Positions 23,915 to 36,812 of a stretch of DNA of 64,000 nt are shown here, in pieces. A program made the position numbers and the translations under genes. Each line of letters opens with the position of its first letter. Positions within the stretch are counted from its first letter, which is position 1. The stretch covers positions 1 through 64,000 of the forward strand of contig JAAILG010000582.1 of assembly GCA_012026655.1 (NCBI GenBank), written 5' to 3'. The notes below the pieces were generated by a model. It saw only the letters and a list, made by a program, of their open reading frames with translations. It did no database searches and was not told the origin of the DNA. This DNA comes from Hydrolagus affinis (Eukaryota).

Positions 23915-26900
23915 AGTATTTTCCATGTAAAAAGCAAACAGATTAATGATCTAGTAGACCAATATGGTGGCAGCATTTTCTCTCTTTTTAAGATAAACAA
24001 AGACACTGCAGAAGTGCTCCAGAAAATAAATTGGTATATAGTACTTCGAACTGTAAAACCCTCATCATAGCCAACCACTCTTGTTAATTGATTTCAATTT
24101 GAAATTAAAACAATAGAATTAGTTTAATTATGTTGTGGCAAAGATTGACTGCTTCATTGTACTCTTAGTCAGTTCCTACTCCATTAAGGAGCTAGTTTGC
24201 CATTTATAGCGTGAAGATGGCAGTTGGTTTTTTTTATTGTATCCTTGAGCGAGTTTTAAAATCAAACACTGACATTATAGATAGACTATAGACTGCATTA
24301 AGGTTCTGAATGTCAGCAGGCAAGATCTAATGTCTTCATTGTTTTACCTCCTATAAGCTATTGTCTGCTCCATTGCAGTAATTGGGCAAAAGTGCAAATG
24401 TTCTCCTTTCATAAGTGTATGCTCTTCAGGCATTCAGGATTGGTGCTTTTTCCCCCAAGGTTGTACTATTTTTACTCCAAAAGCTACTGAAGGTCTAGTG
24501 TGAAAGCTAGTGATGCAATGATTATTGAATTACCCAAACAAACCAAGCCTCTGGTTCTTGGCAATCAATGGTGATTTTAACCTGAACTAAATATAATTAT
24601 TGATGAATATTTCTCTACAGTTTACAATTGCAATTTCACCATCAATATTCATTCACGCTTTATACTGTTGAAAAAAAATACGTGGAGCATAAGAAAACCT
24701 GGAATAATATATGGCCTTCATCAAGCCCTTTCTTTCACAGGCATTTGCACAACAATCCGATCATTGAGCTCCGCATTTGCAACTTACTCATTAAACTTCC
24801 AACTTCAAGTACCTTCCTAACCTGTATGGTAGGCACCCTAGCCCCCACCCTCAATAGAATTTCATCCAACTTTATTGAAGTCTTCCAAATATACGGAATT
24901 GAGAAAGAAAATGTGCTAAAGCATGTAGAATTGGATTAATTGATGATCCAAGTAACCATATGATGGAGAATACTATAGAGCATCCAGTGTTTGGATCAAT
25001 GTACTGTGTGACTCAATTACTGACTGGATACTCACATTGGGCAATTTGCTTATTAACTTTTAAATCACTTTGAATGAGATGATTCATTGAAAGTATCAAA
25101 CCACAAGTGACTGAAACTTTACCACGGATCTATTAATATCTTTATATGCTTTTTTTTTACAAAAAATGGTAACTTCTTTTCGGCACCTGTTCTACTTGTT
25201 GATAACATGAGCAGTTTTCGAAAATTAAAACCTAATGTGTACGACATACTTCCTTACAAAGTGCACTTTAATATTAACTAAGGAACAAATAATGGAACAT
25301 ATTTAGCAATAGCATAATTTTGATCCTCTTTTTAACAGTGTTTACGGGAGTAGGGGTAACAGCAGCTGTGATGCTGCTGTGATGTGATGCTTCAACAGCA
25401 ACAATAATCATGTCAATATGCATAAGTGTCCAATGTGCAAACCCCTGATAATTGTGCCAATATCTGTGTCATGTTTGTGGGTAACTGACTGGGTAAAAAT
25501 TGTACAAATGGAAAAGAAATGCTCTGTCTTCAGAGAAAATAAACCTTTGTGGAAATATTCGATGTCAAGCTTTTCTTTTCACAATGATGTTTAATTTTAT
25601 GTCAAGCTGTAATCCTCATTTCCACCTGTAGTAAATTGAGCTCCTTACTGACATTTTGTGGTCCTCTTGGGGCTTACTTTAATCTATAGACCCACGATCT
25701 GAGCCCATGTTGCTTATAAATCCTTAATTTTGCAAGAGTCTCCTGGGCTAAAGTTCAGCATGTTCTCCCAGTTTTCATTATTAAGCCACTCGCCTCCCAT
25801 AACAAACCATAGGCCTAAAGCTCCATCTACCCTTCCAATCAAAAACGATCCAGTATTCAAGGGCAAATGAAAATATATTTCATTGTAAACTAAGTAAGCT
25901 TTATCTGAATGGCTCAAATTTAAGATGATATTTATAACATTCTGTCCCAAGTTTTATTCCTGGGTTTCCGGGAACATTTGCACTCGTCTTCATTTGTAAA
26001 TATTTTTGATGTGTTTTGACGCTTGGAGAATTTCAGTGTTTGTGTTCTGTCGCATTTCTAAGTGAAAATGTTGCAATCACGTTCTACTCTATTTAATAGT
26101 GAGCTCAATCATCCTGTTCTGACCTTTCTTCATGAGCAAATTAATTTCAGTTTCCTCATGACCAGTATTATTACTATTGTTTCCTCCATCATTAGAAAGG
26201 AAATTAGTGTGTGGAAGAATTCAAGCCTTCGGACTAATCTCAAGTTCACATTCTGACCCTAGAATATAAATTTGCATCGATATCATTAATCCACAATTTT
26301 TTTTCCCCCTCCACCAAAACATTGACTGTCACAAACTCTAAATACTTTGTCTGTGATTCAAATTAATAGGGCCATTTAAGACTTATTTTAGTGCTTTCAA
26401 TATATTGCAGCATTTTGGTTTAGTTCACTCCTCTCTTGACCCAAATGTTCGATGAACCAACAGATCAAGAGAACAGTGAATGAAAACCAAGCAGTAATAG
26501 CATCACATAAATCATGGTGTTGTATGAAGCACTTCATTGCTCTATATCCTCCAGTACTTATCAAATGTATACTTAAACTTTTTTTTGGAAGGAGTCAATT
26601 GATGCATCATAAAATGTTTTTTTTCCTTTCTCTCCGAGAGTGCTTCCACGCATCCAGAACTCTGTGTTGGAAGATGAGAAATTTAACTTGAAGTTAAGAT
26701 AATCCACTCAGTTATTTTTAAATGGATGCCCTCAATAGCACTACCTTTCAACAGAAAGTGTGCTTCACAAACTTTAATTGCTGACTAGCTGTGCATTTCT
26801 GTCAGAAACGCAATGAATGCTGACAAAGGCATTTCCAGACTTCAATCAATCCAGTTTGAGATTTTACCTCTGACATTTGGGGAGCAGTAGCTGCACATCA

Positions 26901-29312
26901 TTGGTCCTTTGCAACAGAACTACTGTATTTCCATAATGCTGTGGTTAAAAATCCATAAGCTCGCTTTCAATGTTCTCACTGCAACTGAATTCAAAAATCT
27001 ACAGAGGACACTGGGACCAAACAGGTCAAGGTAGCCTGATTTAATAATTCTATTGATGGTTTATAAAACCTTATCTGAACATAGTTGGGAACGAACGAAT
27101 GGTATTTTTTAGATTTGTTTTGTGGTGAGTTTAGGGTAGGGTATGGTTTTATGATTGTGCCCACAAAATACAATCAATCAGCTTAACAATATATCCTGTG
27201 AAGCGCTCTGACGTGTCTCAATGACTTGATATTATTAATGTTATTTATTATCTAGTCCAGCTCTGTTACAGCGACAGCTAATTTATATAACTTGAATAGG
27301 GTACGGATGACATTTCATTGCCACTACCTACAGCCAGCTGGTTCTTCCGCTCAGTGGCTGACTGCTGAAGCATCAGCAATGACACTTACTGTGTCTTTTT
27401 GGTTTGAGTGCAGGCACCATGCCAACTACCTCACATGCATGTACAGTGAAATGAGTTATTGTGTGTAGTGTTCTTTACCACCACAAGAACAATGTACAAC
27501 CACAACTTTATATAACGGTAATTTATCCACCCTATTTACGTTATATAATGTCTGATTTTGAAAATGCCCAGGATGTTATATAGCTGTCAAGTTTGTGATA
27601 GTTTGATCTAATGATTGCACGAGAAGAAAGCTGGCTGTAAGCTGTGATTTTTTTTCTCTCTCTCCTCTCCAGCACATTTTGTTCTATAAAGACGTCAGCA
27701 GTTGTCGGCAGTTATAGGTTTCGAGAAGTCTAGTGATGGTTTTAGTTTTATACTTCCAGATGCTGCAAAGCATTACCGCAGTGGATCGGATCACTGAATT
27801 AAAAATAAAGCGATTCAATCAATTTTGCTATTGGAACCAAGGGCTGTCATTTACTCCAACTGTTGATAAGGTGATTTATTAGAATGGAGAGATTGAGCAA
27901 AACAAAAATAATCTACATCAATAGAATCATAATGAATTTCAATAAATCAGAATATTTTCAATGCACCTCCTGGGTCTATTTTCCAATTTAATATTGGTTA
28001 AAGTTGAAAATGATTGAAGCAAAAATAAATGTTTTGTTTCCATGCTGTATCTTTTCAGGTATTAATACAATGCTTCTATATTCCTCCATTTTGGGGTTGA
28101 TCTTACCACATTCCCAAACCTAATTAAGCAGAATGGGAATTGCTGCATTTTAACTAAAATGATGGATATTCACACCCAAGCATTGATATGAAACTTTTTT
28201 TTTGGGGGGTGGGGAGGGGCGGCGGGGTTGTTTATTGCATGGATTACATATAGTTCGCGGGTTTTTTTTAGGTTTATTCCTATGAAACACATCACTCGGT
28301 GAGGCACAAGGAGATAGGATGAGAAGAAACCAATGCAGAAACTTCTCACTGTCCTGTAAATCATGTCGGAATTCACCAATGCTTGTCCCAAGATATTATT
28401 ACAACTTGCACATGAATATATGAGTGGATTGTGTTTTCTCAATGGATTATCACTCCTCAATGGGTTGTATCTCGTCTGTCGTTTCTTGAATGAAAACTAC
28501 ATGCTAGCTCAGAATACTTAGATTCCAAATAATCCTTGTCGGTTTTCTGTTGCAATGTTCAAATGGCAGAAGGGGCCACAAAACCACAAAACCACACATG
28601 ATATTTAGATGTTGTATAAGTAATCTATAAAAGGTTATACTGTAATAACTTGTGTTAGAATCAAGTGCCCTTGAAATATATTCCAATAAGCAATTATATT
28701 TAACTGTTTCACACTGACTGCATCGTTTTAGTTTATAGCTAAATGCTGGATATCCTCTGGAATATTTTATTTTGATTGAGATGGAGAATGTTCATGGTTT
28801 CTTGCACTCATTCTGGAATATTTGTCTCGTTGACATAACTGTTGCATAATCTTCAAGATGGTTGATTAACTTTTTTTCAACTGAGCCAACCCACAAGTGA
28901 AAATATGTTGATACCTCTAATAAGTAAATTGTTAATTCTACATTTGATTTTGTTTGAATTTTGTTTTGTCCCCTTGTCAGTATGTGTGTGTTGTCAAAGG
29001 CTGTTAAATTTATCAACAAGGGACAACAATCCCAATTGCCATAAATATATGAATGCAAAATATTGGGGAAACTTAGTTTTTTTTAACTATGTCGTGGGTG
29101 AATTCTGTACGTCTGTGTACATACAGTGTTGACACTTTGCATAGTTAAGTGTGCATTGTAGCGTGCAGCAGCTCTGAATGTGAATCATTCTTTGTATTGT
29201 ATGCTAGGTGCTAATGAGAAACTTTGGCACACACTATGCTCTGAAACCACATTTGTATTAAATATTAAGTCGAATGCCAATTTTCTGTTCCTTTGTCTGC
29301 AGCTCTGTGAAT

Positions 29313-29450
29313 TACATACGATTACATAGAACATTACAGCACAGAAACAGGCCATTTGGCCCAACTGTTCAGTGTCAGTGTTTACACTTCATATGAGACA
29401 CCAGCTCCTAATCCTTTCTCCCATGCCTCCATATTCCCTTCTCTCTCACA
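29313..29450 (-). mobile_element. CR1-type 3' end fragment
   Basis: TACATAGAACATTACAGCACAGAAACAGGCCATTTGGCCC. A related copy lies at 9389-9500. Confidence 0.6.
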
Positions 29451-30763
29451 TGGTATGATTCCATACTATACACTGGATCAGTTATATTAGCTTTGCTAAC
29501 TGCCATTTTGCCATTTATTTTATAATTCTCACTCTTCCCACAAATTGATCACAATATGCTACAATCTACTTATACTGTATATAATTTAAAAAGCTCAAGT
29601 TACTGCTCTTATCGGGATATTGTACTTCATTATTTCACCAACATCAAGAAATGCCACTGAATACTTCTACGTTGCCATTTATTCATCTGTATACTCATTA
29701 GGAATCTACACAAGTACTTCATTAACTTACAGTGATATGTAATTTTCAAAATTGTTATAGATTTATATTCCAATTAATCCTGCATGACCGCAGCTCATCT
29801 TTCGAATTCAGTTTGAAATGGGAGAATTGTTATTATTTCAATGCATATGGATTACAGAATCAGCAAGCAACCAATAATTCCATTCGCACGCTTTTTGTTT
29901 TGACCTTTGCTTTAATGGACAACCTTCATTGTATATGCGGGCTTCACACTACCAAATTTGAAAATGTCGCGTTAATGTCAATGAAGTTTGAGAAGCAACT
30001 GGAAGCAATTCCGAAGAAAGATGGGATTGAGCAAAGTGGGTGATCACTCCTGGTTCAGTCATTGCCATCTTGGGATAATTGGCCTTTAAACAACAACAAC
30101 CCTTTTTTTTTAACAGTGCCATTCACATAGGAATAACGTCTTGGAAAACTGCAAAGAGGTTTAGCAGATATATCTATGAAACCAGTAAAATAAAAGTTAG
30201 TTGTGTACAAGAATTTGTGCAATGTGCACTGTGAAAATTATTTAGAAAGCTAGTTTTCTGAAATAATTTGCCTTTTATGCTTATTTTTTAAAAGGGTATA
30301 TTGTTTTGTGCATGGAAAGATTCCAAGATATAGATAGTTAAATATAAAAATGGGTTTCCGCATTGTTTAATTGACACATGTGAATGACTTGTATAATTTT
30401 ATAACTCTAGAATTACTTGGGTTGCTTCCAGCATAATTGCCACGATGGTGCAGGAACATATGGCTTTTATTATTCCTATTGAGGCCACTGATACTACAAG
30501 TGTTCTTAGTTTACATGAAGATGATAGATATATGGAACGCTGATGCAGTAGCTCTAATGAAATTGTTCAAAAAAGGCATTTTTATTTAAAAAGCAAACGA
30601 ATGTAAAAACAACTCAAGTATTGATTCCACGAACACCTAGCATTGACTATGAAACAAACCTTCATATTATTGTGATTACTAAATTGTCTGCATAATTGTG
30701 TAATAATACAAAATAATTTCAATCAATGATAACATTTTAGATTTAAAAAAACTATAATAATAA

Positions 30764-31079
30764 TGTAGCTCAGTGGTTATAGAGCGCTCGCCTTATAAGT
30801 GTGAGACCTGTGTTCGAATCCAAGCAGGTCAGGGCGAAAGCTTGGGAAAGTTTCCTTACTCCACATGCCTAATAATAATCCCTCTAAAAAAAAACAATAT
30901 TTTTTTTAATTGGTCATTTCAATACACGACTGTTTGTGGGATCCTGCTGTACATAATTGGCCAACGCATTTAGCCCACAAGTATACAATCAATTCACTTT
31001 ACAGTATATTCTGTGAAGCACTTTGAGACATCTGGAAGACTTTAACTGTGCTATATCAAATGCAAGGATTATTATTATT
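30764..31079 (+). mobile_element. tRNA-head/Deu SINE
   Basis: TAGCTCAGTGG A box, GTTCGAATCC B box, (ATT)n tail. Confidence 0.9.
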
Positions 31080-33879
31080 GTTATTATATTCATCTTTAAA
31101 GAGACTTTATTAGTAGTCTCTAGTTAAGAATTTAATTAGTTGCTTCCTTTCCAATAACGTTGCCATACTTTTTCATATTTGTTTACAGAAATAAATTATT
31201 TCATGAAAAATAATTTCTGTGCATAATATAGCGTAAGCCTGCAAGTATTAATTTAGGTTTGCATAGATGCAAATGTCTTCTTCTCTGTAGTACATCCAGG
31301 ATTTATAGATGTTCTTTGTTTCATTAATGAATATATTCGCTTGAGTTACAATTTATGTAGTACCACAAAACTTCTATTTACATTTGATAACAGAAGACAC
31401 CAGTGGATTTTAATAATTGCATATTTTATCACCTTATAAAATATGTAAATCAGTTGAATTTTCAACCCAAGCCTGTTCTGATGATCTTTTAGATTAAAAC
31501 AATCTTAGGGGAGAGTTGCGTATTTTAGAAGCTGTAGTTTTTAAACTACAGCTGTACGAAATAAATTGAACACTGCTGTTCATGTTGGCAAGGAAATGGA
31601 ATCAAAGAGGGAAACTCTTGCAGTGGGGGGAAGCACTTTCAATAAAAAATGACTATTAGAACAGAACTGGTTGGAAAGCTGCTTCACAGAAGATTCATAC
31701 ATTGTTCCATGGGGGTTTATAATGTATGCATAAGCTCTCCAAATGCTTGTTTTTACCTTAAATCTTTGAATCTATTGCTCAATTTCTTCATTGTCGAATT
31801 ACATTTACTGTATTTTGTTTCAATTCGACATAGCATGGGTGAGGTGTTGAAACCACCAAGGCAAATTGGAACATGACTTGTGCCTTTCTCCAGCCGTTTA
31901 GACTGAACTAGGTAATCTGTGGTTCAAGCAAAATTAACTTTCCAACAGCCATCAATCTCCACCATTGATCACATCTGTTCGTTTGCCTGAGAAGCTGATT
32001 CTTAACATTACCACTTTTTAAGCACAGTGATCTGTGGCCCTGGTCCTCACCGTTATCACATTTCCTAAATAAAAGGATTTCAGCAGATCTTAGAACTGTT
32101 TTAACTGCAGCTTATTGACAAGATTCAAATCTGTGCAATGAACACAAGCATCTTTCTTTACCAACCGGCTCTCCCTGCTGTTTTCCTTTAGGCTCTGATT
32201 TTGCTGCATACAGTTTGTGTAATTGGTAGTGAAACCAAGAAGATTGCAACACCATTCTGAATGTATCCGGGCTGAAATGATCGACGGGCAGGTATTTCAT
32301 TATACTGGGAGACTGCTTCCAGACCTGATAAGGAAAATCAGTGTTGATTGAAATGTTGGTCTTCACCAACTCACAATGTATCCTCCAGAGCCAAAAAAAT
32401 ACAAATTCAGTAGAGCACCATGGCATTGTTTCCACAGGCAAATGTATCATGGAATGCAATGCTGTGTTTTACAAAGCATTGCACAAGAAAGATGTATTTT
32501 TGCATTAACATTTTCATGATTGTGCTACACCTTGCTATAAGTCAGCATTGATCCATGAGATCAACTGCTTGATTGTAGAAAGGGAGAATGAGATGTTAAA
32601 TCAACGGACCAAGTTTTTCTTTTGCCCCCCAGCTATAATTTATTGAATACCAAAGTTAAACATCATTTTGTTACGCAATCCAGCAGTGGGCAATATTGGA
32701 ATCAATGCTGACACCCAAACAATGTTTGTCTATGAAAGGTCATTCTTACTGTGATAACAAAAAAGAATTAGATAAACCAGTGTAGATCGCATGGTATTAA
32801 TTATGTTTTAATGTATTCTGGTCAATGAATAATTGGAACTGTTTTTTGATGGAGGCAAACTGCACCCTTGAGAGAACTGGCTGATCAGTTTTCTGTTTGT
32901 TGAATAAATGAGCATTATATTTTTTAATGAATAAATAGTGTAGACAGTTTACAGTTTTGAAAGTTTTGCATTTCGATTTACCAACTTAAAAACAACTGCA
33001 TAAGACTCTGTGTAGAAATGGTAAGAAGAAGGGATTTATTTTCATTGCGAAACTACAATGGGCAAAATATATTTTCCAGTTTTAATACTGTGTTCTATGT
33101 ATATAGTCAGTTACAACAGTGCAGATGCAACCAATTACATCCCACCAGCTTTGGACTGAGTTTTTTTCTGTCAGTGTTTTTCATTCAAAATAATAGAAAT
33201 ACTAGAAAAAATCGAATGCTATCTTAATTTAACATGGGCCCTTTGAGTTCTGTGTTGTCATATTGAGCGGCCTGGATTATTGTAGTCAGTCTTTTCACAT
33301 GATTGTGTTGCATCTTTCACTCTACAGGGATCACAACATGATAGATCTAGTCTATTGTGTTTGCAAGGCAGTCTCCCAGCTATCTTTTGCTCCAGTTTAG
33401 CTTTCTCCTTGATCTATCAACTTTTCCTCACATGCTACTTATTGAAAGCTTTTACAGCATTGCAGAAATAGAAATGCTATCATGTGGAACAAATGAAAAT
33501 ATTTCTAACTTTTTTATTTTTTTAAAAAAACACTCCAGCAAGTATAGGATGGAAGAATCTAGACTAAGTGCTTGATTAATTTATACGCTATCTACAGATG
33601 CTTTCAGTGACCATAAGATGTGCTGAATGAAGCATTTAAACAATCTCATAAACGCAAAGATATATAGCCAGAATTGTCTTGCTGCAAGAGCACCCATTAT
33701 AGCTGGTAAGACATTAACAAGTGTGTGGAGAAGCATCACAAGCTCTTCACTGAGCAAAAGGCAACTAAGTACTGTAGTTGCACTCTGTGGTACAAGTGAT
33801 TCATACTGAGATTAATCCATTCTCAGCAGTGGGATAAATAACATATACTCAGATTTGGCCTTGTTCCGTGAAGCTGAAT

Positions 33880-34008
33880 TGATCTTCACTGATTTGTTTG
33901 TGAATCTGATCTTCACTGATTTGTTTGTGAATCTGATCTTCACTGATTTGTTTGTGAATCTGATCTTCACTGATTTGTTTGTGAATCTGATCTTCACTGA
34001 TTTGTTTG
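33880..34008. repeat. Perfect 27-bp tandem repeat x4.8
   Basis: Unit TGATCTTCACTGATTTGTTTGTGAATC at 33880, 33907, 33934, 33961, and partial at 33988. Confidence 0.97.
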
Positions 34009-35503
34009 CCAAAAGCAGCAAAACCTACAACAGGCCAAACTGATGCTTTCAATTCTATCAAGATCTCTGGTAAACGCAATCAATCTTTGACAATTAACAT
34101 GTTGAATAATGGATTGTTAAATAATCCTATTTCTTATACATGTGAGCCCTTGTGTCTACAATAGAAATAAGACTGATTTGTGTGTTTGTTTTTGATACTT
34201 CATTTAAGTAAGAGGAAAAGAATGACCTGCAGATTACTGATTAAACTTAATCAGTAAAAATGAAAACTTACAACAGAGTAGGTAGTTGCAATATTGGTCA
34301 CTAATCTAACATGACGCAAGCCTTTTAAACCCACCCATTATTTATAGATGCTTTGTAACTGAAGGATTGTCTGAACAATCTAATTGATATTGAGACAACA
34401 TCTTCCTTGGTGTTAGCCAGTTTCACTAAGTTGTCCTTTAAAACCATTCTTCATGATTCTGTTCTCCAGTAAAGCTAAACATAATTTTAATATTATCCAA
34501 ATGTTATGAACTCTGGTTTGTAAGACTATTCTGTGCTGGACAGCTAGCACTCTCGGAAATCCCAAATTCAAATGATCTGATGGAAAATGTTTCCGGAAAT
34601 CATATTTTAACTCGAGTAATTTTTTTTTAGGTGAGGATATTTCTTCCAATAAAAACTTGTGGTTATGGGCATTTCAAGATCTTATCCTAGAGAATGTTTC
34701 AATACTTCTGATCCTCTCCGTTCCTTCTTTGGTGATTCAAAATCAATGCTTCTCTGTGGAGGTTTGGTTCAGACAATTTGGGATCTGTAGTGAATTAATT
34801 AGACAAAACGAACAGTAATTATATTTGGGTTTGAGGGCAGAAGTTTTCGTTTTTGCCCGAGAACTAATTTGTAACCTCAAAATGTGAAGTAAATGACGTC
34901 CATGGTTGGTAATTTGACCTGCCCTGTTTGAATGAGATGCACAGCAGGCCTAAGAAAAATGTGTTGATGAGCTCTGTCATCATCCAGTTGTATGCTTCAA
35001 TGGACATGACACCACAGCCCTAATTTAATCTCCTCTTGTGAGGACTGCTGTTTGCAGTCAGACAGAATTGGTTGCGCAGTATAATCGTATCCAATCGAGA
35101 ATTGCTGGACTGTGAACACCAGTTTCTCTGCATCACACTGAGAAGGGATTAAACATGCATCACATCATATGGCAGACTATCTGTTTGCTGGGATCTTCTA
35201 CTTGGGAGATGCTGGACTTTTTGCCTAAAGCAGCAAATCGTACAACAGGCCAAACCGATGTATTCAATTCTATCAAGATCTCTGGTAAACGCAATCAGTC
35301 TTTGACAATTAACATGTTGAATAATGGATTGTTAAATAATCCTATTTCTTATACATGTGAGCCCTTATGTTTACAATAGAAATAAGTCTGATTTGTGTGT
35401 CTGTTTTTGATAGCAATTGCCACAACTAATGGAACATTCATTTAAGTAAGAGGAAAAGAATGACCTGCAGATTAGCTGACATTAAACTTAATTAGTAAAA
35501 TGA
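34005..35503 (+). repeat. Local direct duplication: 34005-34263 and 35220-35503
   Basis: Near-identical text TTTGCC.AAAGCAGCAAA...CAAGATCTCTGGTAAACGCAATC...AGTAAAATGA. The second copy has about 22 extra nt. Confidence 0.95.
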
Positions 35504-35849
35504 GTATTGTAGGAAGCTACTCAGCCAGGCTTATTAAACTTGCAACAAGAAATGCTTTGAACAGTAAGTGTCACCAAATATTTCTGTATGACCTACATAG
35601 GTATGTTCTGTGCAAGTTGAAATGGAGCAATGTAAGAGTGCATATACTGTGCCCATAAATGAAGATAATTCATGCAGTTTATTTGCAGTTTATTTTATGT
35701 TCTGTATGTAATCACTGCTGAGACCTTATATATGGTTTGGAGATTTGACAAATCCCTCTAACGTAACAGCCACAACAGCCCTTTGTCTTTGCTCATTTGC
35801 TCTTTCCTCTCCACTGTCGACAATATGAAAGTGCAATCAAATTTCACAA

Positions 35850-36250
35850 TCTGCCCCTTCCATTTAGACACCAAGCACAATACTTATTACATCGCTTTCC
35901 CCCCCACCCCCCCTTCTGTAACCGTGGTGCCTTCCTTAACACTGATACTACCCACCTCCATCTCCAGTTACCTTTACTCTCATTGTCTGTACTGCTGAAG
36001 CTCAAGCTGAGCATCTTTTCAATTTTCCTCTGACTCCCAAGTCTGGTCTGCTGGAGATGCTTATTTGTTCTAAATCCCGTTTGCTCACCTTGCTTCCCTT
36101 AAATCGCTCAACTCCAGCCTCCGGTGGCCTAAACTATTCTTTCTTTATCGCTCTAAATTCACCTGCTGTCTCTGCCACTTCACCCCAGCTGAATAACTCA
36201 AAAAAACTTTTGTCTGTAACAAAATCAGAGCTATCTACTTTACTTTCTGT
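35850..36250 (+). mobile_element. Degraded L2-like LINE ORF2 fragment
   Basis: C-rich + strand with remnants such as NYSFFI...NNSKKLLS, typical of the L2 EN-RT linker. Confidence 0.35.
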
Positions 36251-36712
36251 TCTGCTAAAATATAATTCTTGTGATTTCAACACTTTCTTTTAACAATGAT
36301 TTTTCTTTTTGCTTTCTACTGATCAGATGACCTACAATAAAAATAGCGCACAAGAATCTAAATTGAGGCAAAATGTGTATTTCTATCTGTATCAGATGCA
36401 GCAACAGGAAAGTACTCTGGTGTATTCTTGATTTTGGTTGGATCCTACAAGTATCTGTCCTTGAGAATGATATTTCACTGGTTCACATATTGGCAGAAGG
36501 ACTTGGTAAATTGCTTGTGCCACTTCTAGACACATTGAGCCCCCATCCTTTCCGTCTGGCAAGAATACAATACCTGCTTTTGAGTTTCAGTTGCCTCGGG
36601 GATTCACAGGTTCTATCCACATCTTGCGGTTGTTCAACGGAAACGTAATGTCTCACGGTTGACATGCAGAATTTGCTCAGAGTGTCAGCTTGGCTCAGTT
36701 GGTAGCCCTCTT

Positions 36713-36812
36713 NNNNNNNNNNNNNNNNNNNNNNNNNNNNNNNNNNNNNNNNNNNNNNNNNNNNNNNNNNNNNNNNNNNNNNNNNNNNNNNNNNNNNNNN
36801 NNNNNNNNNNNN
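36713..36812. other. Assembly gap (100 N) next to poly-C, inside an old SINE
   Basis: 100 N. Preceded by TTGGCTCAGTTGGTAGC (A box) and followed by a C run. Confidence 0.97.

Noticed and set aside
27253-27600. Possible old Tigger-like MITE (also TACAGT-starting stretches at about 19990, 37507, 54540 and 61033)
   Set aside because: I could not pair convincing TIRs and TSDs by eye.
33880-34008. CRISPR-like 27-bp repeats and the repetitive ORFs over them
   Set aside because: The units are head-to-tail with no spacers, there are no cas genes, and the context is vertebrate. The ORFs are by-products of a 27-bp period.
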